Below, in pieces: positions 1-7,781 of a stretch of 32,000 nucleotides of DNA; the stretch's first letter is position 1, and the number at the start of each line of letters is the position of its first letter. Source of the DNA: Candidatus Pacearchaeota archaeon (GTDB lineage Archaea > Nanobdellota > Nanobdellia > Pacearchaeales > UBA284); contig CP061211.1 of the NCBI GenBank assembly GCA_026016245.1, positions 270,001-302,000 on the forward strand, read 5' to 3'. The notes beneath the pieces were generated by a model. That model saw nothing but the letters and a program-made list of their open reading frames with translations, was not told the DNA's origin and made no database searches. The position numbers and the translations under genes were made by a program.

Positions 1-2
1 TT

Positions 3-383
3 TTTGAAGGAAAAGAAGGTTTAAAGACAATATTAAATGATATTGTTAAACAAGGTAAAGATATTGTTGCGTGGGGAGCAACAGATAGGATTAAAAATTA
101 TCTACCAGAATGGTTTTTAGAAAGATATGTTAAAGAAAAAGTAAAAAAAAGAATTGAAACAAGACAATTTTATGTTGAAGGTGAAAAGACTTTAGAAGGG
201 CCCGGTTATATTCTCAAAGCTGTTTCAAAAGAATTCTCAAATCCAGTAACTTTTGGGGCCTATGCTGATAGAATTATTATTTTCTTTTGGTCAGAAATTC
301 CTATTATAATACGAGTCAAAAATAAAAACATAGCAAATTCTTTTAGAAAACATTTTGAATTTTTATGGAAAAAGATTAAATAA
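3..383 (+). CDS. TrmB-family transcriptional regulator, C-terminal part (5' end cut by window edge)
   Basis: Frame 3 is open from the window edge to TAA at 381-383. The tail (FEGKEGLKTILNDI...NSFRKHFEFLWKKIK) is colinear with the C-terminal half of the complete TrmB-like ORF at 14950-15711 (FEGWNGVWNAF...ESFRNNFKLLWKIAK). Confidence 0.55.
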   Translation, partial: FEGKEGLKTILNDIVKQGKDIVAWGATDRIKNYLPEWFLERYVKEKVKKRIETRQFYVEGEKTLEGPGYILKAVSKEFSNPVTFGAYADRIIIFFWSEIPIIIRVKNKNIANSFRKHFEFLWKKIK

Positions 384-386
384 AAA

Positions 387-983
387 CTAACTTTTTTCTT
401 CTACCTTACCTTTAGGTTCTTTTTCAAAAAATATTTGAGCTTGGAATTTGTAAATTCTACATTCTGGGTTTAACCATATTTCTGTAGGCAATCCAGCTTT
501 GATACAAGTTGCTCTTAAAAATTCAAGGACATTCCATTTCTGCTCTAAAGATACTTGTGGTAAGAGCAGGCCAGAAAAATGATGTGTTTGAACAATAAGG
601 CCATCTTTTCCTATCTCAATTTTTTCTAAAATGTCCTGTCCTTTTGCTTTAATTTGTTCTGGAACTGTTAATACAGAAATCTCTATAATTATATTATCTA
701 ACTCTCCTTTCTCAAGAGGCATGAATCTTGTATCAGAAAATGCAGCAGATTTTGCAGCTTCAACAACAGCCAAAGCAAGAGATTTTATAGGATAAGGAAA
801 GCCTATACAGCCTCGAAGTTCTCTAGATGGAAATTTATTCAGTGTGACAAAAACTCCTTGATTTTTAGAAAATTCTTTTTTCTCTTCTTCAAAATCTAAT
901 TCCTGTCCAGAAAACTGAGATTCTATTGCTTTTCTCGCTAGACTTATTAATTTAAAACCTTGATCTAGAGATAACATTTTCAT
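387..983 (-). CDS. AMMECR1 domain protein
   Basis: Carries the family signatures GVFVTL...LRGCIGFP and GLLLPQV, and 198 aa is a typical archaeal AMMECR1 length. The ATG at 983 overlaps the tRNA-Glu discriminator base, so the in-frame ATG at 977 (third codon) may be the real start. Confidence 0.85.
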   Translation of the reverse strand: MKMLSLDQGFKLISLARKAIESQFSGQELDFEEEKKEFSKNQGVFVTLNKFPSRELRGCIGFPYPIKSLALAVVEAAKSAAFSDTRFMPLEKGELDNIIIEISVLTVPEQIKAKGQDILEKIEIGKDGLIVQTHHFSGLLLPQVSLEQKWNVLEFLRATCIKAGLPTEIWLNPECRIYKFQAQIFFEKEPKGKVEEKS

Positions 984-1055
984 GCCCCCACCGGGATTCG
1001 AACCCGGGTCCTAGCCTCGAAAGGGCTAAATGCTTGGCCTCTACACCATGGGGGC
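983..1055 (-). tRNA. tRNA-Glu (anticodon UUC)
   Basis: The reverse complement GCCCCCA-TG-GTGTAGAGGCCAAGCAT-T-TAGCC-CTTTCGA-GGCTA-GGAC-CCGGG-TTCGAAT-CCCGG-TGGGGGC-A folds as a cloverleaf. The 7-bp acceptor stem is perfect and the anticodon loop CT-TTC-GA gives UUC. It is GC-rich against an AT-rich background and no CCA is encoded. Confidence 0.9.
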
Positions 1056-1081
1056 TTGAAAGAAAGAGAGGAGAGAAACTT

Positions 1082-2218
1082 TTAAACTTTTTTATCTAAT
1101 AATTTAGGATAAACCTCTTTGAAATAAACATCCAAAAGCCTAGAATCAAACTGGGGTTCCATTTTTTTCATTATTTCGACAGATTCTTTTAGAGTATATT
1201 TTTCAGGTTCTCCCCTTGCTTTTCTGTAAGGCCTCTTTGATGTCAAGGCATCAGCAACATCTGCAATAAAAACTATCCTAGCCTCAAGAGGGATATTCTC
1301 TCCTTTTAATCCAAGAGGGTAACCGCTTCCATCATAATGTTCGTGATGAAGCCTTATTACATTAAGTAAAATCCTGTCTTGGGCAGGATTTGCTCCATAT
1401 TCAAGCATTAGATGATAACCTTTCTCTGAATGAGCCTTAACAGGGTTTTCTTCTGGAGTAAAAGCTTCTTCACTATCTAAAGTATCGTCCCTAATTTTTA
1501 CTTTTCCTATGTCATGCCATTGCCCTGCCAAATTCAACTTTTTAATGAATATTTTGTTTAAACCTATTACTTCGGCAATCTCACATGATCTTTTTGTTAC
1601 TCTTTTAGCATGTCCTTTAAGATATGGATGTTGACTTTCTAGATAAGTATAAGTATCTTTCCCAAATTCAAGATGTCTGTTTTTTATTAATTTCATTATC
1701 TCTATCCATGGGGCTATTTGATATGTTGCTATTTTCATTACCTCAATATCAATATTTGAAAAAGCGTCTTTTTTTTCACTTATTACTTCTAAAACTCCTA
1801 CTGGTTTTCCCCTTGTTTTAATTGGGATAACTAAAGAAGAATTGGCTTTTTCATAAGTAACTCCTCTATCTAAAAAAATAGGTTTTACTTTGCTTTTATC
1901 CCATTTTTTATGCAGATCAGGGGCATATAAAGTTTCGCCTGTCTCAACAGCTCTTCCAATAAATCCCTTGCCTGTAGAATATATTAGCTCTGCTGTTTCT
2001 TTGTCATAGTTTCTTGTAGCAATAGCACTTATTTCATCAGTATCTTCATCTAAAAGAAAAATTCCGCTTTGTTTGTAAGGAATAACTTTATCTAATTTTT
2101 TTAGAATCAAAGAACATCTGTCTGCAAAAGGCTCTTTTAAATTATTAAGTATTCTACTAATTTCCAAATCAACTTCTATAAGTTTTTCTAATCTTTTCTT
2201 GGAGATCTTTCCATTCAT
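1082..2218 (-). CDS. GAF domain / HD-GYP domain signalling protein (putative cyclic-dinucleotide phosphodiesterase)
   Basis: The C-terminal half has HDIGK, HHEHYDGSGYP and IADVADALTSKRPYRK, which are the HD and GYP signatures. The N-terminal ~165 aa has a GAF-like pattern (GFIGRAVETGETLY...VIPIKTRGKPVGVLEV). Confidence 0.85.
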   Translation of the reverse strand: MNGKISKKRLEKLIEVDLEISRILNNLKEPFADRCSLILKKLDKVIPYKQSGIFLLDEDTDEISAIATRNYDKETAELIYSTGKGFIGRAVETGETLYAPDLHKKWDKSKVKPIFLDRGVTYEKANSSLVIPIKTRGKPVGVLEVISEKKDAFSNIDIEVMKIATYQIAPWIEIMKLIKNRHLEFGKDTYTYLESQHPYLKGHAKRVTKRSCEIAEVIGLNKIFIKKLNLAGQWHDIGKVKIRDDTLDSEEAFTPEENPVKAHSEKGYHLMLEYGANPAQDRILLNVIRLHHEHYDGSGYPLGLKGENIPLEARIVFIADVADALTSKRPYRKARGEPEKYTLKESVEIMKKMEPQFDSRLLDVYFKEVYPKLLDKKV

Positions 2219-2306
2219 TTTCCCCTCAGCTAACAGTTAAAGAAAATTGAATATATAAATTTTGTTATTTAGAAGTAAGAAAAAAATTAGGAGAAAAAAC
2301 AAAAGG

Positions 2307-2420
2307 TGGGCCCGATGGGATTTGAACCCATGACCACTGGCTCTCTTAGAGCTATTCAATCCAAGAATGGATTGCGGCCATATAAGACCAGTGCTCTAAA
2401 CCAGGCTGAGCTACGGGCCC
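2307..2420 (-). tRNA. tRNA-Ile (anticodon UAU) with a 38-nt intron at the canonical 37/38 position
   Basis: Reverse complement: GGGCCCG-TA-GCTC-AGCCTGGTTTA-GAGC-A-CTGGT-CTTATA-[intron]-A-GCCAG-TGGTC-ATGGG-TTCAAAT-CCCAT-CGGGCCC-A. The acceptor and T-arm match the usual archaeal tRNA-Ile pattern. The exons total 76 nt including the discriminator. Confidence 0.8.
2343..2380 (-). other. tRNA intron (bulge-helix-bulge-like)
   Basis: Intron sequence is TGGCCG-CAATCCA-TTCT-TGGATTG-AATAGCTC-TAAG-AG. Anticodon-loop CTTA can pair with intron TAAG as a 4-bp central helix. Three-nt bulges (TA|T and AG|A) flank it and carry both splice sites. There is also an internal 7-bp hairpin, CAATCCA/TGGATTG. Confidence 0.7.
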
Positions 2421-2447
2421 GACATTAAGAAGAATGATTTCTTGTTT

Positions 2448-3611
2448 TTAAATTTTCTTTTTCTGGAATGAGAAAGGAATAAGAAGAAAGGACCCAATAA
2501 CACCAAAAATAATAGCAAGATAAAGGTTAGGGACAAAAAACAAGAAAAGCATGAACAAGGCTAGGCTGGTATGAATGGTTATTTCGCGAACTACTATTAC
2601 TTCAGCAATATGTTTTCTTTTTGCCATGTCATAATTTATAGCATCAAAAGCTGATCCTCCTGCTGATGCTGGTCCAACTGCTCCAAAGAAAATATTTATA
2701 CCAAGAACCCCAACAAATGTTGTAATAAATAGCCTGACAAACCAGCCTAGAGAAGAAAGCATAGCTCCTATTCTTAACACAGCACCTTTATCATATTTAT
2801 CTGCTAATCTTCCAACAAAAAAAGTAGATGCTATTGCAACAACCAAACCTGCAGAAGTTAGAGTACCAACACCAACATAGCCTTTTAGTATTAAAAACAT
2901 AATTATAATCCATGCTATAAACGCACACCTAAATGAGGCCTCACTAATAAAACCTGTTAAGCTAATTCCTGCTTTCTTCATTACTTTTCCAACTTTCTTG
3001 ATGGAAAATTCCCTACGAACATAAATTTCTTTTGACATAAATAATGGTATCGTGGAAATAAAAAGCAGGATAGAAACAAATATAAAAAGAGGATTAAAAC
3101 CTAAGCTGACAAGGATAAAACCTCCAATAACAGGGCCTATCGCAGCAAGAATTAAGGAAATAATAGCATAACCACTTATCTGTTCTGCTCTAAGTTTTCT
3201 TGAACTAAACTCATAAAAATCTATATGGAAATTCATCCAAAATAAAGAGCCATGAATTCCAGAAAGTATTGGAGCTAAAAAGAATATCCAATCTAATGAA
3301 TTTGATGTTAAAAATTGTAATAAAATGAAATAACCTATCAAGAAAGGCATTGAAATAAGCATTCCATGTTTAATTCCTGTCTTAGTAGATAACTTGGCTG
3401 AGAAAAATACTGTTAAAGCAAAAGAAATAGAAACAAGAGCATAAAAAAGAAAAATATACCTTAATTCAAAATTTATTTGGAAGAGATAAATAGGAATAAA
3501 AATAGCTATTAAAGCCAAAGCAAAAGTTTTTCCAGCAATTGTAATATAAATCTCACTAAGTTCCTTGTTTAGAAGATAATGAAATATACTATGATGATGA
3601 GTGTGTGGCAT
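2448..3611 (-). CDS. MFS-type transporter (multi-pass membrane protein)
   Basis: About 11-12 hydrophobic segments are visible. The loop motif VGRLADKYDKG resembles MFS motif A (G-x-L-x-D-[RK]-x-G-[RK]). Confidence 0.7.
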   Translation of the reverse strand: MPHTHHHSIFHYLLNKELSEIYITIAGKTFALALIAIFIPIYLFQINFELRYIFLFYALVSISFALTVFFSAKLSTKTGIKHGMLISMPFLIGYFILLQFLTSNSLDWIFFLAPILSGIHGSLFWMNFHIDFYEFSSRKLRAEQISGYAIISLILAAIGPVIGGFILVSLGFNPLFIFVSILLFISTIPLFMSKEIYVRREFSIKKVGKVMKKAGISLTGFISEASFRCAFIAWIIIMFLILKGYVGVGTLTSAGLVVAIASTFFVGRLADKYDKGAVLRIGAMLSSLGWFVRLFITTFVGVLGINIFFGAVGPASAGGSAFDAINYDMAKRKHIAEVIVVREITIHTSLALFMLFLFFVPNLYLAIIFGVIGSFLLIPFSFQKKKI

Positions 3612-3677
3612 CTTAATTTCCTCTTTTTAAAAATAATAACAAGAAGATTTAATAATGTTTCTTTCTTTTTGCTTTTC

Positions 3678-4865
3678 ATGTTAATAGGAATAGTTGGAAA
3701 ACCTAATGTCGGTAAAAGTACTTTTTTCAAAGCATCTACTCTGGCAGAAGTAGCAATAGCAAGTTATCCTTTTACAACTATTAAAGCTAATGAAGGAGTT
3801 GGTTTTATAAAAGTAAAATGTCCAGAAATAGAAAAAAAATTGAAATGTAAGCCAAATCATGGTTTCTGTATCAGTGGATGGCGTTTTATACCAATAAAGC
3901 TCCTTGATGTCGCAGGACTTGTTCCAGGAGCACATGCTGGAAAAGGTTTGGGCAATAAATTCCTTGATGATTTAAGGCAGGCTGATGCCCTTATACATGT
4001 TATTGATGTAAGTGGAACAACAAATGAGGAAGGAAAACTAACAAAAGATTATGATCCAAGTAAAGATATAAAATTTCTTCAAGAAGAGATAGATAAATGG
4101 TTTTATGGAATTATTGGAGAGGACTGGAAACTTCTTGTTAGAAAAATACAAGTAACAGATGTAAAACCTTTAGAAGAGCTTGCAAGAAAATTTTCAGGCC
4201 TGAAAATCACAGAAGAGATGATTAAAGAGGCAATAAAGAACTGTGCTCTCAAAGAAGAATTTGTTTCTTGGAATGATGAGCAGCTTTTTAGTTTTGTTCA
4301 AGAGCTTAGAAAGTTAAGCAAGCCAATGATAATAGCAGCTAACAAGTGTGATATGCCACAAGCAAAGGAAAATTTAAAAAAACTTCAAGAGGAATTTCCT
4401 GAAATGATTATAGTGTCATGTTCTGCAGAAAGTGAACTTGCATTGAGAGAGGCTGCCCGTGATAGTAAAATAGATTATGTTCCAGGAAGTAATGAATTTG
4501 CAATGCATGATGATAAGTTGAGTGAGAAACAAAAAAAAGGATTAGAGTTTGTTAAAGATAAAATTTTGGAAATTTATAATTCAACTGGAGTACAGAGATG
4601 TCTTAATAAAGCTATATTTTCTCTCCTAAAATATATTGTGGTTTATCCAGTAGAAAATGAAAATCATTTCACTGATGGAAAAAATAATGTCTTGCCAGAT
4701 GCATTTCTTCTGCCTCCAAATTCTAGTGCTTTGGATCTTGCTTATGTAATCCATACCGATATAGGCAATGCTTTTATAGCAGCAATAGATGCCAGAACTC
4801 ATAAAAGATTAGCAAGGGATTATGAGTTAAAAGAGGGAGATATTATAAGAATTATGACAAAGTAA
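3678..4865 (+). CDS. Obg/YchF-related GTP-binding protein with C-terminal TGS-like domain
   Basis: P-loop is right at the N-terminus (MLIGIVGKPNVGKSTFF). Other G motifs are YPFTTI (G2), LLDVAGLV (G3) and AANKCD (G4). The C-terminus ends ...YELKEGDIIRIMTK. The track ORF starts at 3579, but the ATG at 3678 places the P-loop at the usual position and removes overlap with the divergent gene. Confidence 0.8.
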   Translation: MLIGIVGKPNVGKSTFFKASTLAEVAIASYPFTTIKANEGVGFIKVKCPEIEKKLKCKPNHGFCISGWRFIPIKLLDVAGLVPGAHAGKGLGNKFLDDLRQADALIHVIDVSGTTNEEGKLTKDYDPSKDIKFLQEEIDKWFYGIIGEDWKLLVRKIQVTDVKPLEELARKFSGLKITEEMIKEAIKNCALKEEFVSWNDEQLFSFVQELRKLSKPMIIAANKCDMPQAKENLKKLQEEFPEMIIVSCSAESELALREAARDSKIDYVPGSNEFAMHDDKLSEKQKKGLEFVKDKILEIYNSTGVQRCLNKAIFSLLKYIVVYPVENENHFTDGKNNVLPDAFLLPPNSSALDLAYVIHTDIGNAFIAAIDARTHKRLARDYELKEGDIIRIMTK

Positions 4866-4874
4866 GAACACCTC

Positions 4875-4905
4875 TTTTTGTCCCCCCTTTTTCCCAGGAC
4901 AAAAA
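4875..4905 (+). terminator. Hairpin plus T-tract after the GTPase gene
   Basis: Perfect 9-bp inverted repeat TTTTTGTCC (4875-4883) / GGACAAAAA (4897-4905) with a 13-nt loop. It starts 10 nt after the stop codon and is followed by CCTTTTTCT. Confidence 0.3.
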
Positions 4906-5022
4906 TTGCCTTTTTCTCGGCTAGCATACTTATTTATGTTCTGCTTGTATATAAATATAGTTAAGGGAAAATATAATAGACAGAATATAAGCAAAAGAAA
5001 AATAAGTTTTCTAAATTATATT

Positions 5023-5505
5023 TTAGAAAAAATCTTTTAGATTTTTTTGTCTAAGAATCTTCTGTAGAAAGTTATGAGCTCTAGTTAAGAGTTGCCTGAC
5101 ACCCTTAACTCTAATCAATTTTAGAGCTTCATCATAAGTGCACCATTTAAAATTTTCGTGCTCATGGCTTATTTTTACATTCCAGGTTTTTGTCTTAGCC
5201 AATAGGAAAACTGCTTCCTTCCTTCTTAACTGGCCTTTTAAACGATAAAACCACTGTTGAGTCTCTCGAAAATGCGGGATAAAAACCAAATCAGTTATAC
5301 CCACTTCTTCAAGAGTTTCACGAAAAGCAGTTTGTTCTTCTGTTTCTCCTGGCTCTACAAGACCTTTCACAAAACCCCAGTAAGTGGGATATTTCACAAG
5401 AAGATAGTTTGGTTGGTCTTTAGAAATATGAAATATTATGGCTCCACAACTAAGCTCGTATTTTACTTTTTGTTTTTTCATTTTTCTTTTCTTCTGTTCT
5501 GGCAT
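5023..5505 (-). CDS. Nudix hydrolase
   Basis: Nudix box GFVKGLVEPGETEEQTAFRETLEEVGI fits G-x5-E-x7-R-E-x2-E-E-x-G. The N-terminus is polybasic, and an internal Met at codon 9 is an alternative start. Confidence 0.85.
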   Translation of the reverse strand: MPEQKKRKMKKQKVKYELSCGAIIFHISKDQPNYLLVKYPTYWGFVKGLVEPGETEEQTAFRETLEEVGITDLVFIPHFRETQQWFYRLKGQLRRKEAVFLLAKTKTWNVKISHEHENFKWCTYDEALKLIRVKGVRQLLTRAHNFLQKILRQKNLKDFF

Positions 5506-5557
5506 TAAAAAACAGAAGAGAGAAGAGTTTTTAAAGTTTTAAGAGTTTAAAAAGAAT

Positions 5558-6001
5558 ATGATAAAATACAAACTCGCTACAGTAAAAGAGGCTTCTGGAA
5601 TTGCAAAGTTACTTCAAAAAAAGTATGGAAGATATTACAGACCAACAAAGTTTACACCGCAATTTGTTAAGGAAAGACTGAAAAGAAAAGAGGTATTCTA
5701 TGTGGTCACTATCGAGGACAAGAAAATTGTAGGAACTATAAGAGCAACTAAAGTAGATATTGATTTAGTAGAATTTAGACATGAAGTTTTTTCTGACTTA
5801 AAGATAGGAAAGGGACTAATAAAAAAGATGCTTTCAATCTTGAAGAAGAAACGTATGCGAAAAGTTGTTGCTAGAACCATCTCAACAGACAGACTTAACA
5901 ATAGAGTTTACAGAGGTTTGAGATTCAGGAAAGAAGGTTACTTTAAGGATCATTATAGAAAAGGAACGCACATAATCCAGTATGCAAGATTTTTAAGATA
6001 A
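5558..6001 (+). CDS. GNAT-family N-acetyltransferase (putative)
   Basis: 147 aa with a motif-A-like stretch, LKIGKGLIKKML, followed by ...RLNNRVYRGLRFRKEGY, a typical GNAT C-terminal pattern. A TATA-like TTTTTAAAG lies about 26 nt upstream of the ATG. Confidence 0.5.
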   Translation: MIKYKLATVKEASGIAKLLQKKYGRYYRPTKFTPQFVKERLKRKEVFYVVTIEDKKIVGTIRATKVDIDLVEFRHEVFSDLKIGKGLIKKMLSILKKKRMRKVVARTISTDRLNNRVYRGLRFRKEGYFKDHYRKGTHIIQYARFLR

Positions 6002-6946
6002 AAGCAGGCAATCCCCTGGTTTTTTATCAAATTTTAGTCTTATAAAGCTTGGTTCTTTTAGTTGTTTATCTTTTGTCATTTCTTGATATTTAACTTCTAC
6101 AATAAGCTCTGGTTTAATCCATGTCACTTCTTCTTTTATCTTATTTCTTTCCTCCTCACTTAGAGCTGGCTTGTCTGTTTTTAATTTCTTCAGTTTTTTC
6201 TTTATTTTTTTATTAAAACCTTGCTTAAGTGTCCCAACATAGATAATTTCTCCTTTTTCTGGAACATATGATGCCAGAATTAATGAATCAAAATGTTTTT
6301 CTTCCTCATTTTTTGTAGATCCAACAATGAGGGTATTGGTAGTATTGATATTTTGTATATTTAACCATGACCAGCTTCTTTTGCCTTGTTCATATATACT
6401 AGAAAGTTCTTTTGCTATCATACCACTTAATTCTCTCTCTTGAATTTGTTTCCATAATTCTTTGCCATTTGTTGTGTGGGAAGCTAGAGATATGAAAGGA
6501 CTATTTGTTATTATTTCTCCAAGAATTCTCTTTCTTTCCCCAAGAGATTTATTTACAAGAGTCTGATCATCCTTTTCTAGAATATCAAAAACAAATAATG
6601 TTGCTGGAACAGTTCTACTTTTTGAATTAATCGCTAGGGGATGATTTAACTGTTCTCTGTATTGTAATGAGCTATGGTTTGGCTTACCCTCCTTGTTTAA
6701 AATAGTAAGGACAGCATCAAGAACACAATCCTTGCAATTTATATTTCTAGGAATCTCAAGAAGTTCTGGATATTTGAATATTATATCTCTTCCCTTTCTA
6801 TTAACAAGCTCAATATCATTACCTTCCTTATAAATTAGAACTCTTATGCCGTCAAATTTAGGCTCAAATATGAAGCCGACAAGACTCTTACGATTAAGAA
6901 GATCTTTATCACCTAACTTTACGAGCATGACTTTATATTTTTCCAT
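5993..6946 (-). CDS. ATP-dependent DNA ligase, minimal two-domain form (adenylation + OB)
   Basis: Motif I is EPKFDGIR (lysine nucleophile), III is LFVFDIL, IV is SGMIAKE, V is LIVGSTKNEE..FDSLILASY, and VI is LKEPSFIRLKFDKKP. At 317 aa there is no room for an N-terminal DNA-binding domain. Confidence 0.8.
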   Translation of the reverse strand: MEKYKVMLVKLGDKDLLNRKSLVGFIFEPKFDGIRVLIYKEGNDIELVNRKGRDIIFKYPELLEIPRNINCKDCVLDAVLTILNKEGKPNHSSLQYREQLNHPLAINSKSRTVPATLFVFDILEKDDQTLVNKSLGERKRILGEIITNSPFISLASHTTNGKELWKQIQERELSGMIAKELSSIYEQGKRSWSWLNIQNINTTNTLIVGSTKNEEEKHFDSLILASYVPEKGEIIYVGTLKQGFNKKIKKKLKKLKTDKPALSEEERNKIKEEVTWIKPELIVEVKYQEMTKDKQLKEPSFIRLKFDKKPGDCLLLS

Positions 6947-6948
6947 TT

Positions 6949-7356
6949 CTATTTTTTAGAATTTTTTATTGAATAAAGAATATTAGATATATTTTCACAG
7001 TTTATTATTTTTGGGTTAAGTTCTTTAAGTAAATATCCAGGAGCTTTAGAGGGATCTGCTTCTTCTCCACAAGTTAAAAATTCCCATTGACAATAACATT
7101 TGTCATCTGTTCCTTTAGGATTATTGTTAGGAAAAGTATGAACTGCAACATGACTATAACCAATAACAGCAATACCTGTATAGGCCATACCATAATCTGT
7201 CCTAAATCCTTTTATAAATGGACCAGCCTTAAGTTCTGAATCAATTTCTTTTATTACATTTATAAGTAAATCCACTAATTTTTTTCTTTTACATCTTGGT
7301 TTAGAACACCAAAACTCAACAATAAGATGGTTTATTGATGGTCTCTTTTCATTCAT
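6949..7356 (-). CDS. S-adenosylmethionine decarboxylase-like (SpeH/PF02675-type pyruvoyl enzyme family) protein
   Basis: HLIVEFW, GIAVIGYSHVAVHTFPN and FLTCGEEADPSKA parallel the SpeH pattern H-L-x-x-E-F..., V-I-S-E-S-H-x-x-I-H-T-W-P-E and F-T-C-G. The usual self-cleavage dipeptide Glu-Ser is Tyr-Ser here. Confidence 0.65.
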   Translation of the reverse strand: MNEKRPSINHLIVEFWCSKPRCKRKKLVDLLINVIKEIDSELKAGPFIKGFRTDYGMAYTGIAVIGYSHVAVHTFPNNNPKGTDDKCYCQWEFLTCGEEADPSKAPGYLLKELNPKIINCENISNILYSIKNSKK

Positions 7357-7489
7357 TTTCTTCTCCTTTTTTCTTATAAAATAGGAAAATAAAATTTAAA
7401 AATCTTCTCGTGTTTGATTAAAAGTATATTATTAAAAACAACGGATAAATTGCCAAAAGATTTAAATATAAAAGGATTTTGAAAGAAAT

Positions 7490-7762
7490 ATGCCTCAAAA
7501 TTGTCCATGGTGCGGGAAAATTCTTGAAATAAAGACACTTGATTTAGGCAATACTCTAAAACAGATCTGTGGAAGGTGTGGTTTTAAAATTAAAGAATTC
7601 GAAAAGCCACAGCCACCAAAAGAAGAGCCTAAACCAGAGGTTGTAGAGGTTAAACAAGCAGAAATCCCAGTGGCAAAGCAGACGCCAGCATGGCCTTTTA
7701 TTCTTGGAGCTATAGTTCTAATAATCATAATTATAGCTCTTGTTAAGATCTTTCTAGTTTAA
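7490..7762 (+). CDS. Small zinc-ribbon protein with Pro/Glu-rich linker and C-terminal transmembrane anchor
   Basis: CPWCG...CGRCG is a four-Cys ribbon. It is followed by the linker KPQPPKEEPKPEVVE and a hydrophobic tail, WPFILGAIVLIIIIIALVKIFLV. A TATA-like GATTTAAATATA lies about 26 nt upstream. Confidence 0.5.
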   Translation: MPQNCPWCGKILEIKTLDLGNTLKQICGRCGFKIKEFEKPQPPKEEPKPEVVEVKQAEIPVAKQTPAWPFILGAIVLIIIIIALVKIFLV

Positions 7763-7781
7763 ACAGAAAGAATTCTTCTCT

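Noticed and set aside
1624-1821. 65-aa plus-strand ORF, together with similar antisense ORFs at 3681-3935, 5257-5508, 5698-5901, 7495-7728, 7887-8159, 8597-8941, 9709-9936, 9973-10329, 11672-11952, 11937-12293, 17083-17307, 17517-17747, 18538-18828, 19961-20182 (same-strand alternative frame), 20435-20791, 20905-21324, 21676-21867, 22259-22462, 23081-23413, 24184-24369, 24844-25032, 25286-25525, 26593-26838, 27633-27830, 28840-29149, 29687-29992, 30472-30666, 31357-31801
   Set aside because: All of them lie inside, and mostly antisense to, longer ORFs with clear family motifs. Their translations are low-complexity Phe/Leu/Ser/Ile-rich strings, as expected from reading A-rich coding DNA on the opposite strand.
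3579-3677. N-terminal 33-aa extension of the GTPase ORF
   Set aside because: The extension overlaps the divergent MFS gene start and its promoter region, and its sequence is low-complexity. The ATG at 3678 places the P-loop at the canonical N-terminal position.
4906-5022. Intergenic stretch between the GTPase and Nudix genes, examined for a small RNA or ORF
   Set aside because: It shows no conserved structure, GC enrichment or credible ORF. It looks like a convergent-terminator spacer.
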